DNA of 62,221 bases, counting the filler, from Porpidia crustulata (taxonomy: Eukaryota): the NCBI GenBank assembly GCA_964255105.1. It is 3 parts of 3 records of this genome, joined end to end, with 100 filler letters (N's around TTAATTAATTAA, not from the genome) between each part and the next. Parts side by side here need not be neighbours in the genome. Positions count along the whole stretch, not along the records: positions 1 to 21,074 come from CAXUWE010000111.1; positions 21,175 to 41,649 come from CAXUWE010000114.1; 1 more part is not named here. One strand, 5' to 3'. The translations under genes and the position numbers were made by a program. Position 1 is the stretch's first letter, and every line of letters begins with the position of its first letter. Below the pieces are notes generated by a model, which ran no database searches, was not told the origin of the DNA, and worked only from the letters and a program-made list of their open reading frames with translations. Positions 13,743 to 24,612 of the stretch are shown in pieces.

Positions 13743-15040
13743 ATGGCTGTTCTCCAACCTTCTGCGCAGCGTCTTGTGGGTTGCGCTGTAGCATGGGTGG
13801 TAATAGATTTCGCAGCTGTACTTTTGCGACTAGGTGCAAAGCGAATGACGAAGACCGCATTTTCGATCGACGATACATGGTGTCTCGTTGCCCTTGCTTT
13901 GGTCACTGCGTTCAATGCTCTTCAGATCGCAGGTCAGTCTTCAATTATATTCAGTAGTCTCTAGCTAATATTGGGCGCACAGCTGTGGTAACGGCCGGCG
14001 GCAGTCTTCAAGAGTCTGAGATGACTACAACCCAATTAACGGAATATCTCAAGGTTAGTCTCCCGTTCCCGGTACTAAGGGTGCTGAGGTAAGGTATGAA
14101 CTACTTCTCTAGATTCTCTACATCGCAGATCTTCTCTGGCCAACCGCAATAACAGCGGTCAAGCTATCGATTTTGTTTTTCTACCGCCGCTTGTTCACCA
14201 CCAAGAGGTTTCGACATACTAGCCTATATGTTGATGCCCTGTGCTGGATCTGGATGCTCATCTGCACCTTAGTCCTCGCGTTCCAGTGTATTCCTGTGGC
14301 TGCAGCATGGGACACCAAACTCGCGCCTACTGCGAAATGCCAAGCTCTGGGACCCATTGTCATTGGCCCAGAAATCACGAATATTTTCATCGATGTGGTG
14401 ATCCTTGGTCTCCCCATTCATATGATCCGTGGATTGCAAATGCACTCACGACAGAAAATCCTAGTGAGCCTGGTGTTCCTTTTCGGAGGATTGTAAGCCT
14501 AATTTCAATGTCTCCTATTCTAAGAAGTTTTTCTAAGCTCTTCAGGGTTTGCATCACAGGCGTCGTAAGAATAGCGATACTCTACCGTCCAAATAATGGA
14601 GAAAATTGTACCGAGTAACCTAATCATCCCTGGAAGCCCCTTGACTGACTTGAGGAGCAGTCAACACAGCAGCAGCTATCATCCTAGACAGCGTAGAACT
14701 TGGCTGTGCGCTGGTCTGCGCATGTTTGCCAATCTGCAGACCGCTACTACCCAAGAAGATCTCTATGCTGAACACGGCGACAGACTGGCTACTGTCTATC
14801 CGCAACAGCAGCGTGCTCAAATCCAACTCACGGTCTCGAGGATCAATGCCAAGCCACGTTTCTGTAAAAGCGTACTCATCCCAAAAAAATTCTCGTTACA
14901 ACCAATTCGACAGCGGCGCGCAAGATTCGCTGCATCTCACGTCGGCGGAGGGAGGCCGCCAAGAACATGATCATTATGCTGCGGGAACAGGGTTTCCAAT
15001 GGATCGCATTGCTGTTCATAAAACGGTAGACATTGTGTGA
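13743..15040 (+). CDS. PTH11-like / fungal rhodopsin-domain integral membrane protein (about 5 exons, no CFEM domain seen)
   Basis: Spliced product has AVLLRL..SIDD, AVKLSILFFYRRLF, FQCIPVAAAWD, NIFIDVVILGLPIHMI..LQM..RQK, VELGCALVCACLPICRPL. Approximate exons: 13743-13932, 13983-14053, 14113-14492, 14546-14607, 14661-15040. Confidence 0.9.
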
Positions 15041-15720
15041 TGCTAGATCGTTCTCTGACTGTGGTTGTAAATACGGAGCTGATGGCAGCGCTCATGAAGG
15101 CGACCACTTATCTAGCAGAGTTGTTGTAAATTAGCATAATCTCCTCTGCTGCTTTGGATTCCTATATCCCTCGCGATTTTCGAGTGAAATCGACGGGACG
15201 GAACGAGAAGAGCTTGCGATCGCAACAAAAGGTTTCGCTCTGTCCATGCAATGCATACACATGCAATCTGGACTATTGCATTCTGCCTTGCGGACTGGGG
15301 ACGGAATAACTCAACAGGATACGCTTGCGATCGCAGCGAATCATCCAAGTAATTTCAAGCGGCGTACATGGCCGTATGCTTTGCCTTTGAAAGTTGAAGA
15401 CCAAGTTCACGTTATGGAGATAACAAACTGTAAGAGGGAAACTTGAGTGCTCCATGCAATTCTTTCCGTCTCGGGCCGCGCCAATTGCCTTACTTTCAAC
15501 TCCACCCATAGGTACGCACGGCCCGTGATTCAGTGTGGGCCTGCATGTGCATGATAGATAAGCCATGACCTTCCCTTTGCGTGTTGATGTGTTCTAGCAA
15601 GCTTCCCACAGCCACAGTACGCAAGGCTTCTGGCAATTTATCTTTCAGGAGCTAAAATTCTGTTCTTCAACATCGAGTGCACAGCTCTCGAGTATTACAA
15701 ATTGCATTGCAGATACTAAT

Positions 15721-16787
15721 ATGGCAGTAGGAGACTTCTCACTTCAAAAGAAAGTCGTCGCTATTACCGGAGGGGGTTCAGGTAAAGACATGCAAGCCAT
15801 GGATCATCTTGCCACAAAGTTGACATCAGTCCAGGGATATGTCTAGCATTTGCCCAGCTGGCCGCAGCCCACAACAACAGAATTATCATCGCTGACGTGG
15901 CTCTCACGCCAGAGGCCGAAGCCTTTATCGACGAAGCGAACAAGACTTCCAAGAAGGTTCATTTCCTTAAATGCGATGTCGCCAACTGGGCCGATCTCCA
16001 AAATATCATCACATTCTCTGAACTTGAGTTTGGCGACGTACCAGACGTCTACATAGCGGGCGCTGGCATTTTCGAAAAAGTGAAGCTTCCCAATTCAGCC
16101 TGCTGAACAAGAAAGTGATTGATGTTCAAAACAGCCCAGCACATCCTTCTGGGCTAATAACGAGCCACACCGTTATCATATCGCCGATGTAAACCTCCAC
16201 CCTATCAAGATGACTCGCATAGCCATGCATGCCTTGCTAGACAGGAATAAGAAGGGAGTTGTCATCATTGTTTCTTCGGCAGCAGCGCTGTATCCACTTT
16301 ATCCTGTCCCTCTGTACAATGCTACCAAAGCTGCGCTTGTGGCTTTTACGAAGAGCTTGAGGCCGGCGGACGATGAGGAAGGCATAAAAGTTGCCTGTAT
16401 TTGCCCTGGGTAAGCCGTGGCATTTAGTAGTGTTGAAGTCTTCCGGACTTTCCTACGATTGCCTTCGTTATAAAATTTCGCTGCAGACTAACATTGCTCT
16501 TGTGGAACAGTATCGTTGACACTCCTCTGTGGACACCAGACCTCCAAGATCAATGGTCATACACAGATGCAGTAGCACAGACAGTCTCTACCACCGCAGA
16601 AGCGATGATGGAGCTGGTGCAGAATGGAAAATATGTTGGTGGTACCATCATGATGTCGTTGAAGTCTCAAGGCAACGTGGTGGTAGACCAGGAAAAGTAT
16701 TGGGAAATCTACGCATCGGAATTAGAGCGGTCATCAGTGCCTATTAGAGATATCTTGAAGAATGAAAGGGACAAAGGCAAAAGATAG
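15721..16787 (+). CDS. Classical short-chain dehydrogenase/reductase (15-hydroxyprostaglandin-dehydrogenase-like subgroup), 4 exons
   Basis: ATG at 15721: MAVGDFSLQKKVVAITGGGSG|ICLAFA (TGxxxGIG-type), IIADV, KCDVANW, AGAGIFE, IVSS, catalytic YNATK, CICPGIVDTPLW. Confidence 0.92.
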
Positions 16788-17413
16788 CTTCGTGACCATC
16801 GAGATTCTGTAGACGTGCCTCGTCAGTCGAATCCAACATCTGCAAAGGTTAGGAGACACCCTGAACATCCTTCAACTCACTCTTACTTGTTTTTACTCAA
16901 AACTATGAAACCCTCTGATGTTCTCTGGTTTTCCTCGTTATTTTTTCAGATCAGTAGTCACCACTCTTGCTCTAGTCTGCTAATGGCGTGCTAAACGTCA
17001 CGTCCCACTACCTCAGAGTTTCCCAGAAAGCCCCTGCATTACGCTAGATTGATTAATTAATCGTTGTTATAAAATGCATGTATAATATTATCATTTTAAC
17101 GTATATTTAAGATAAGTACACAGCTTTGCACTCAGGCGTGTCATCGATACGCTGCGTAGTTAGTTAAAACGACGCTTGTTAACTCGAAGGAACACGTATG
17201 AGAACTGAGGCAACTTTCCGGAATTAGCATCACTGAACTTCCAAACCAAACCAATGGTCACACTAGGCTCCCTTAATTTACTAGCGCGTGATGGATACCT
17301 TATCACCTTATGTGACACGCGCTTAAGAAGTGCCAACTCAGTATTATTGGCACGCAATCTATGTCCCACGCCGTATCCTTAAGACAGTCACCGCCAGACG
17401 GCTTTCCTACTCA

Positions 17414-18016
17414 ATGTCTTCAACCACCACTGCCTCCGAAAATGCTTCTCAAACCCTCCTCGCCCAAATTTTAGGAGTCTGGTCTCTGACCTCTTACAGT
17501 CTTATTCCTTCCGACTCTTCCAGCAACTCAACTTCCATGTTCCCGTTGGGGTCCTCCCCAAAAGGAATCCTCATGTACCACCCACATGGTTACATGTCAG
17601 CGCAGATCTTAGAGCCTGGCCAGGCCGCGTACGGTAGTCCAGTGCTTGCACAAGCCACCGACGCCGAGCGAGCAGAGAGCACGAGGAGATACATGGCTTA
17701 TGCCGGGAGATTCTCAATCCAAGAAGACGGGAAGGGCGAATGGGGGAAAATGGTGGTGGTGCATCATGCTGAAGTCAGTTTATTTCCGAATTGGGTTGGG
17801 GGGACACAGAGACGCAGCCTAAAGATAGAGGATGAGGGGGCGACGTTGGTGTTGCGGACGGAGGAAGACTTTCCGGCATTTGTAAGTATCTGTCCTAACT
17901 CCAGTGGAACAAAGTTTTGTATCAAAGACCGGCTGAGTTGATGAATTGGATCATAGGGTAAGACATGGTGGCCAACATTAACATGGAAGAAGAGTGAAAT
18001 ACCCAATCCGATATAA
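17414..18016 (+). CDS. Lipocalin-like domain protein (Lipocalin_5 / PF13924-type), 2 exons, ~175 aa
   Basis: ILGVWSLTSY, PLGSSPKGILMYHPHGYMSAQI, YMAYAGRF, VHHAEVSLFPNWVGGTQRR. Intron 17882-17956 (gtaagt...tcatag) adds GKTWWPTLTWKKSEIPNPI*, supplying the expected terminal LTW strand. Confidence 0.85.
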
Positions 18017-18301
18017 TCGTGGGCACGTACCTCCGGTAAGTGGGGCTCAGGTCAATGACGGCTACGGCTCAAATTTCACCCCCCAACTTTGAAAATTCGC
18101 CATTAATCCAAATCAACTCTAAATTGCTTCAAATTTTTCAATCTACATAAATGATTCACTAGTTAGTAATTACGTCATCGAGTATAAATCTAATTAACAT
18201 TTTCGTTAATGTTTTAACCTTTGAAATTGCATTTTTCTGTCTTCGCCTCTTCGCTCGTTTTTGTTTCTTCATTTCTCGCATAGTAAGGGAGACTCCGTAA
18301 T

Positions 18302-18700
18302 ATGGAGCATCTGCTCTTTGCGGGTGGCACGGCACCTATAGTCTTTCCCTTCCTCGGTAGTGAAAAGCTGGGAGACGGCGGGGGACTTCCTTTCCTGACC
18401 CGCAGCAACAGGGCCGAGACACCTCCATATGGGGACTGGAGCGAAGATGGAAGTTGGGCTGGCATACGCACAGGCGAAAGTTCGATGGTTTGGGCCACTT
18501 TTCTGCAATCTTGGCTTTTTCTTCAGGGCTACTGGAGACTGGACTGGGAAGGAAGGTTCTCTTTCGGCCAGTTTACTCGCGCTTATTTGATGAGGACGAG
18601 GAAGATCCGTGATGGGCGATTATAGCTTCAGAAGTTGGCAGTCTACTTGGACGAATTTAGGGCTATGTTTCACAAAAATTGTCTGATGACAAGAAGATGG
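18302..18700 (+). pseudogene. Degraded N-terminal fragment of a HET (heterokaryon-incompatibility)-type protein
   Basis: MEHL...PIVFPFLGSEKLGDGGGLPFLT...WATFLQSWLF, then after a frameshift GLLETGLGRKV. This resembles the MDHLP..VPYL..YDGGPF..FLQxWLFFGLL leader found in many HET proteins. Stops follow and no HET domain is recognisable. Confidence 0.45.
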
Positions 18701-20517
18701 GAAGGGAAGATATTATTTGGGATGCTTTGTTCAGAGGCTATGATTGTGGATTATCGATTGAATCGTAAAATGTATTTTGGAGATCTTTATCCCAATTCGG
18801 ACTTACTCCAGGAGACACACTTCTCTGCTAGACACTGTTATATCTAGCGCTCGAAAGATTCATCGCCAAGTAATAAGTAGTGTAGATTGGATGCCGTTGA
18901 AAGGACCCAGCTTCCAGCCCCTGCTTGAGAAGCAGATGACAGAAGCTAGCTGGTGTCTAGATAGTTTCCGTAACCTCGGAGGTCTTCAAATCAGGTATTA
19001 AGTTTTTTCAACATTGTTCTATATCATATTGTTCTTCTTATCTAATGTTTTATATAAATTACTGCAGTCTCTTAATCCCAAGTCCCTCCTATCCTGTACT
19101 CTATCCATTATCCTGGCTTTAGCTCTCGCCGGTGATTGTGTTTGAGAATCTATAGTGTGTTGGAAGAGAAGTCGAGATTTCGAAATACGGCTAGATTATG
19201 AGAGTTGGCATACCGAATAGAAACTAATGTGCTTGAGCTTTTCATCTTTTCGGTACCACTGTCACCATGAGATCCTACCGGTAAGATCAAAAGCTCCAGC
19301 TCGTGTACTTGGCAAATGTTATATGAGTTGATGTGAATCCAGTACCTTTTCCAACTCCTTTGTAAGCTAGCTCGGTGCTGTGGGTGGTTAAGGCAATCCT
19401 TTTCAGCAAAAAGCTCCGTCACCCTGAAGATCTTCGTAGGCTTAGCTTACATCGTCATTCTCAGCATTAGTGATTTTTACCGGCTAAGCAGCAGTTCGAA
19501 TTCGAACGCCGTTCAGATTTCATCGTTCTGGACGGAATAGACTAAGGTGTAGACTCGGGAATTCATACGTCTCTCGATGTAAACGACACGAAGACTCATC
19601 GAGCCCATTGACGGGTTTCATATGAACGACATTGTCAATCTACCGTTGAAGAGCTTGAAGAGTGTCGGAGGCTTCAGACAAGGAAACTCGCGTCTCAGGC
19701 GACGTCCGGGACTTGCTTGGAGCGCCGCTACCGGACCTTGTGTCCCATTTCCGGGATCTGTTGCTGAAGCGCGAGCATCTGGCGTCTTCTCTATTCTAGT
19801 GGGTGGCGCTTTGAAAGTTTGCCCTGATCCAGAGGATGGCTCACTTATTGACGGTATCGGGTGTCGATGTATGCTCAGGCCCCATGCATTCTCCTTTTCA
19901 TAAAGGTCATCGCCCAGACTAGCGCTTCTTCCAGACCAGAAAATAATGATGTCTAAAGTTCGCAGCCTCCCTCCGATGTGACGCGGCAGCGGGCAGTAGC
20001 GCAGAGACTCCAAAGGTTACTAACCTTACTTCTTTCCTTCGGGGTATTTGACTGAGACCAGCGCCGTCTGTCCAAAGGTCCATCGAGCCCATCCTCGACG
20101 ACTTTCCCCCGGTTGAGAAGCAGGCAGAGAGTTATGCTGCAAGGAAGTTGCACGGGAATCAACGTGCTGGATCGGGGTAGGACTAAGAGAAGGAAAAAAC
20201 TTCCTGAAAGGATCCCATCCGTAATTCCGTTGGAGAAAATCGGCACAGAACAAAGCCGCGATTGGCAATATCCGTATTGCCGGGTGCACATCCGCAAGGA
20301 GATTTTGCCTCTTTGCAGTTGACGCGAGGACTGACTTCAGATCCGAGCTTTGCAATTGCGTCCGCATCGCTGTGTATATGCCGATAGTCAAATCGGTCGT
20401 CTTCGAATCTGCTTTTAGATCATAGATTTGATGTACTGCAGAATTTTCCGCTAAGTATAGATTCTGGTTTCGGTAATGGACATGTGGAGCAATATACAGG
20501 ACGACGACTACAAGAAG

Positions 20518-20616
20518 CACCCCCTTAATGATTAACCTAACCCTAATTTCGATAACAACCCTAACCCTAAGACAGCTGACCGTTTTGAGGGGTCTGATCA
20601 TTTGAGGGGTTTATAC
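20518..20616. mobile_element. Degenerate ~100-bp MITE-like hairpin with telomeric hexamers
   Basis: Left CCCCCTTAATGATTA is an imperfect inverted match to right TGATCATTTGAGGGG; TTTGAGGGGT is doubled at the right end; internal AACCTAACCCTAA and AACCCTAACCCTAA. Confidence 0.5.
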
Positions 20617-21074
20617 GTGTATAGCCGGGCGGAGTACAGAATGCATGAGGACATCGTCGGTCATTTCTATCTCGCGTACCTGCCTACCTACTTGATGTTT
20701 GTGACCGTTATTCGTGATACCTCGAGACCTGAGATACACACCTCCTGGGTTCGTGCGGAATACGGCGGAAATCTCGGAGAGGGCGGGTATCTGCGTTTTG
20801 TCGGTGCGAGGCCATCGGTAGGTTACTTTTAGGGGGCGATGGGTATGATTGAGAGGGGGTTTCAGAGTGTTTCGGGATCTTGCAGCCCGGATAGGTAGGT
20901 AGGTAGGAAAAAATCAACGTTTATTATTGTTCGATAAGAACCTGGCTACCTACGCCGCCTTCAACCGTCATATCACCTGTACCCTTCCCCTTCCCCCCGA
21001 TCATCATCATCACAATCCCTAGCAACAATCACGCACCTCCTCTCCGCCACCCACACTCTCCTCGTCCGTCTCTC

Positions 21075-21174
21075 NNNNNNNNNNNNNNNNNNNNNNNNNN
21101 NNNNNNNNNNNNNNNNNNTTAATTAATTAANNNNNNNNNNNNNNNNNNNNNNNNNNNNNNNNNNNNNNNNNNNN
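21075..21174. other. Artificial scaffold gap (N44-TTAATTAATTAA-N44)
   Basis: 100-nt N run with a six-frame stop linker, identical to 41650-41749. Confidence 0.97.
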
Positions 21175-21864
21175 CTTCTGCCAGTTGCGCTGGCGAGGCG
21201 GTATTGGTAGGGCCCGGGTGCCCCTTGCCGTTGGCGAGAGCCATGAGCTCCATGATGCCGCCTTCGAGGCCGCGGTGGGGGTGCCGCACGTCGAAGGTGA
21301 AGCGGAGGCCTTGCGTGAGAAGAAATTCGGGGGCGATGATGTCTTCTGGGCTGGATCTAGGGAGTTTTGAGGCAAAGTCGCGGAGGGAAATGTATTTGTT
21401 CTCGGTCTTTGTAGAGAGGAAGAGGGCGCAGGGCATGAGCTCCTTGGGGTGGTATGTCATAGGGGAATTGTAAAGGTAGAAGCGCTTGAGATATTGGACT
21501 GCAGTGGCCTGGTAATCGGTATCCTGTTAGCAGAGTCGAGGACAGTGGCAGATCAGAGTCATACCTTGACATTGGTTGGAAAATCGCAAAAATCGGCAAA
21601 TTCTATTGTCTTGACACAGTAGAATCCCACCAGCTTTTGCTCTTCCTCCACCGTGAGACAGTCAATCTCTCTTGGAGGCTGCTCCTGTTGTACTCTATTG
21701 TCCCCTTCGGCGGTTACCTTGGTAGAGTGTAGTTTGTGAACAGCGGCTCTCACGCTATCAGCAGCGGAAGAGTTCGTGCTAGACCGAAGAGATGCCAAAG
21801 CCTCCCGTGTAAATGACCACAATCTGTACTGCGTCGAAGATCGGTAAATGTCATCCTCTGCCAT
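21175..21864 (-). CDS. CCL1: Cyclin H / TFIIH kinase cyclin, 3' end lost in the gap
   Basis: MAEDDIYRSSTQYRLWSFT...LTVEEEQKLVGFYC...FPTNVK | intron 21564-21509 | ATAVQYLKRFYLYNSPMTYHPKELMPCALFLSTKTEN...APEFLLTQGLRFTFDVRHPHRGLEG. Confidence 0.93.
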
Positions 21865-22261
21865 AATTACAGGAAGCGTCGAGACTTTGCTCAGGCCCCT
21901 TTTGCAACGATGAAAATGGTAGACTGTTCATATACTCCGTCGTTGAGCAAGCATCCTCATGAAATGTGGAGGAAGCCATAATTAGCCTTCAACAACTCAA
22001 CCAAGACATCATGTTCATTGACTTAGTACATGGTTAACCGAAGGTCTCACGCTGACCGAAGTTTGATAATCATCAGGTTGTTCAGGGGATCTATCTTTGG
22101 GTTGATTCTTCAAACTAGTTTACAGCAGATGAAGGACGGACAGAAATGTCCTCAGCTTCAATTAAACCCCTCTTATACCCCAGAAATGTGTCCACCATCC
22201 TACAAGTATAGTCCTTCTGAATGTAATATATTCCTTGCTGTTGCAACTACGAACTGGCTTA

Positions 22262-23851
22262 CTAAAGATAAAGCTCATTCGGGAAGCCTTCGGTCTTCGT
22301 CTTCATCACTCGTTCTCGAGCTGCTCTAAAGTCTGCCATTTGCACTCTCATTCTTCTCTCTCTCAGAGCCATAAGTCCTGCCTCGGAACAAATAGCCTTG
22401 ATATCGGCACCAGAAAGGTCGTCTTTCTGATTAATGAATTCATCTAATTCTACATCATCGTTGAGCGACATCTTTGACGTATGGAGGGTGAAGATCTTTC
22501 GTTTCGTGTTTTCTAGGGGAAATTAGCATATGAGAGTGAAGATATTCCGCGGGAGAACATACGATCTGGGTTTTCGAATAGGATCTTCCGGTCGATCCTT
22601 CCAGGACGAATAAGTGCTGGATCGAGGGTTTCAATCTTGTTGGTAGCTAGGATAACCTTTACATCACCCCTGTCGTCGAAACCGTCAAGCTGATTGAGCA
22701 GCTCCAGCATTGTACGTTGGACTTCACGCTCTCCTCCAGACGTAGACTCATATCGCTTTGTTCCGATAGCATCTATCTCATCAATGAACACAATCGATGG
22801 CGCGTGTTCAGCGGCCACTTGAAAAATCTGGCGGACTAGCCGAGGCCCATCTCCTAGATACTTTTGGATGAGCTCACTGCCGACGATTCGAAGGAATGTT
22901 GCGCTTGTTTGGTTGGCAACGGCTTTTGCGAGAAGAGTTTTGCCTGTTCCAGGTCCACCGTAAAGAATAACGCCTTTCGGTGGTTTGATTCCCATCTCTT
23001 CGTAAAGCTCTGGATGGAGCAGGGGCAACTCGACAGCCTCTCGTACTTCTTGAATCTGTGTCTCTAGTCCACCAATATCGGCATATGATTCTGTCGGAGC
23101 CTTGTCAAGCTTCATGACGGAGACCAAAGGGTCGGCGTCATCCGTTAAGACTCCTACCACAGATACCGATTTGTGGTGGAGTAAGATACTTGCTCCGGGC
23201 TCTAGGAGATCCTTGTCCACAAATGACATTATAGAAACGTAGTATTCTGGCCCAGTAGCACTTGAAACGATGGCGTGATCATCATCAATCATCTCCTCCA
23301 GGTTTCCGACTCCCATCGGGCTACCTCTCATGTCATCAACCCTACTTCTTTCGTCGGCATTGCGATCCAAAGCGTCAGAGTCTCCACCGGCTGAAGCTGG
23401 TGTTGTTGTATTTTGAGCTTTCGCCTTTCGGATACGTTCTTGGTTCTCAACATATTCTTCTTCAAGCAATAGGTGATCGTGAACCCGTTGCATTCGAAGG
23501 TACTTGAGCTTACACCGCGAGGTGGGGTATATTATGGGTAGCTTTGTCGACGCATTTGGACCGGCTGCCTTACGCTTTCTCCGGCCGATGCGAGTTGTTG
23601 GCTGCGGAGGAGGTTCATACTTGGGCTTCTCCTTCTACACAATGTGGACGTTAGTGATATCGAACAATAGTAGCCTGTGGATGAAACCCATCCAGTGCCA
23701 TCAGTACTGAGGATGACTTACCTTCTTATCCTTGTCATCTTTGCCATCTCCACCTGGTAAATTGGCCCCGAGATTTGATGTATTGTTACCCTAGATAGAT
23801 AGCTTCGTCAGCTTCTAGCCAAGTTATAAAGCTCTGAAACAGGCTCACCAT
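22262..23851 (-). CDS. RPT2: 26S proteasome regulatory AAA-ATPase subunit 4
   Basis: ATG-only first exon (23851-23849), then GNNTSNLG...[13 protein letters not shown]. Walker A GPGTGKT, Walker [26 protein letters not shown]-terminal ELYL HbYX-type tail. Confidence 0.97.
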
Positions 23852-24011
23852 GATCTATTTCTCCGCTACCAGCAAAGTCTGTTCACTTGGTGAGCGATAG
23901 AGAACAAACCCTAGCGGATGGTAGTTGTTCGCCGATGGAAAATAAATGATTGATGGTGGTGATCAGTGATGCAAGCCTGACATGGCCGTGGAAACTTACC
24001 TTACCTTAATT

Positions 24012-24125
24012 TACCCATACTCACCCCTAGTTCGGCCATTGCACCAAGGGTTAGGGTTACAGAATCGAGATTAGGTGAGCGTGGCAGAACTAAGGGTGTG
24101 GCCGAACTAGGGGTGAGTATGAGTA
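24012..24125. mobile_element. 114-bp MITE-like inverted-repeat element, TA-flanked, in the RPT2/UBC1 divergent intergenic region
   Basis: TACCCATACTCACCCCTAGTTCGGCCA (24012-24038) matches the reverse complement of 24099-24125 at 26/27 positions. A partial second TIR copy (GTGGCAGAACTAAGGGT) lies inside the right end; internal AGGGTTAGGGTTA. Confidence 0.75.
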
Positions 24126-24612
24126 GGCGATAGAACTGCTTTGATTGGTCAGAACATCTCACCGCCCAGCCACATCACGGCGATTCTGCCGAGTGGCAGT
24201 AGGAACCCATACCAACTATCTATCTCAAACCTGCCCTCAACTTATCGTTAAGGGTAGAAACAGATTGGTCGTTCTAGTACTAAAACTCTGGAAAGACGTG
24301 TGTAAATTCCTAATCCGTTGCTCTTGGACTTTCGGGAAAATTTCAGTCACAACCGAGGACTGTTCCACCTGCGGTCCACACCACCAAACGTATAACTCTT
24401 ATCTAGGCTTTGTTTCCCATAGCAGTGTCTTTGTCTGGGCTGCTTGGTGACTCAAGCTCAAAGCCGTGACGACTTTGAGACAGTCACCACTAATGTAAAC
24501 TTGTTGAGATCGAGTCATTGTGCCCAGCCTTCCAGTCAGGCCATCGCCCACAGGCAGCTCAAGGTTACTTTGCACCTCTCAGGGGCTCGACGTTGTCTAC
24601 TTGTCTCTCGTT

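Noticed and set aside
19150..20500. Minus-strand ORFs (191, 131 and 90 aa) with some splice-like signals
   Set aside because: Could not be assembled into a coherent gene or matched to any family; possibly another decayed gene.
20536..20570. CCCTAA repeats as a chromosome end or fusion scar
   Set aside because: Only two or three units, each embedded within inverted-repeat elements; not a telomere array.
21119..21130. TTAATTAATTAA palindrome repeated at 41694-41705
   Set aside because: Centred in N runs of identical length; an artificial six-frame-stop scaffold linker.
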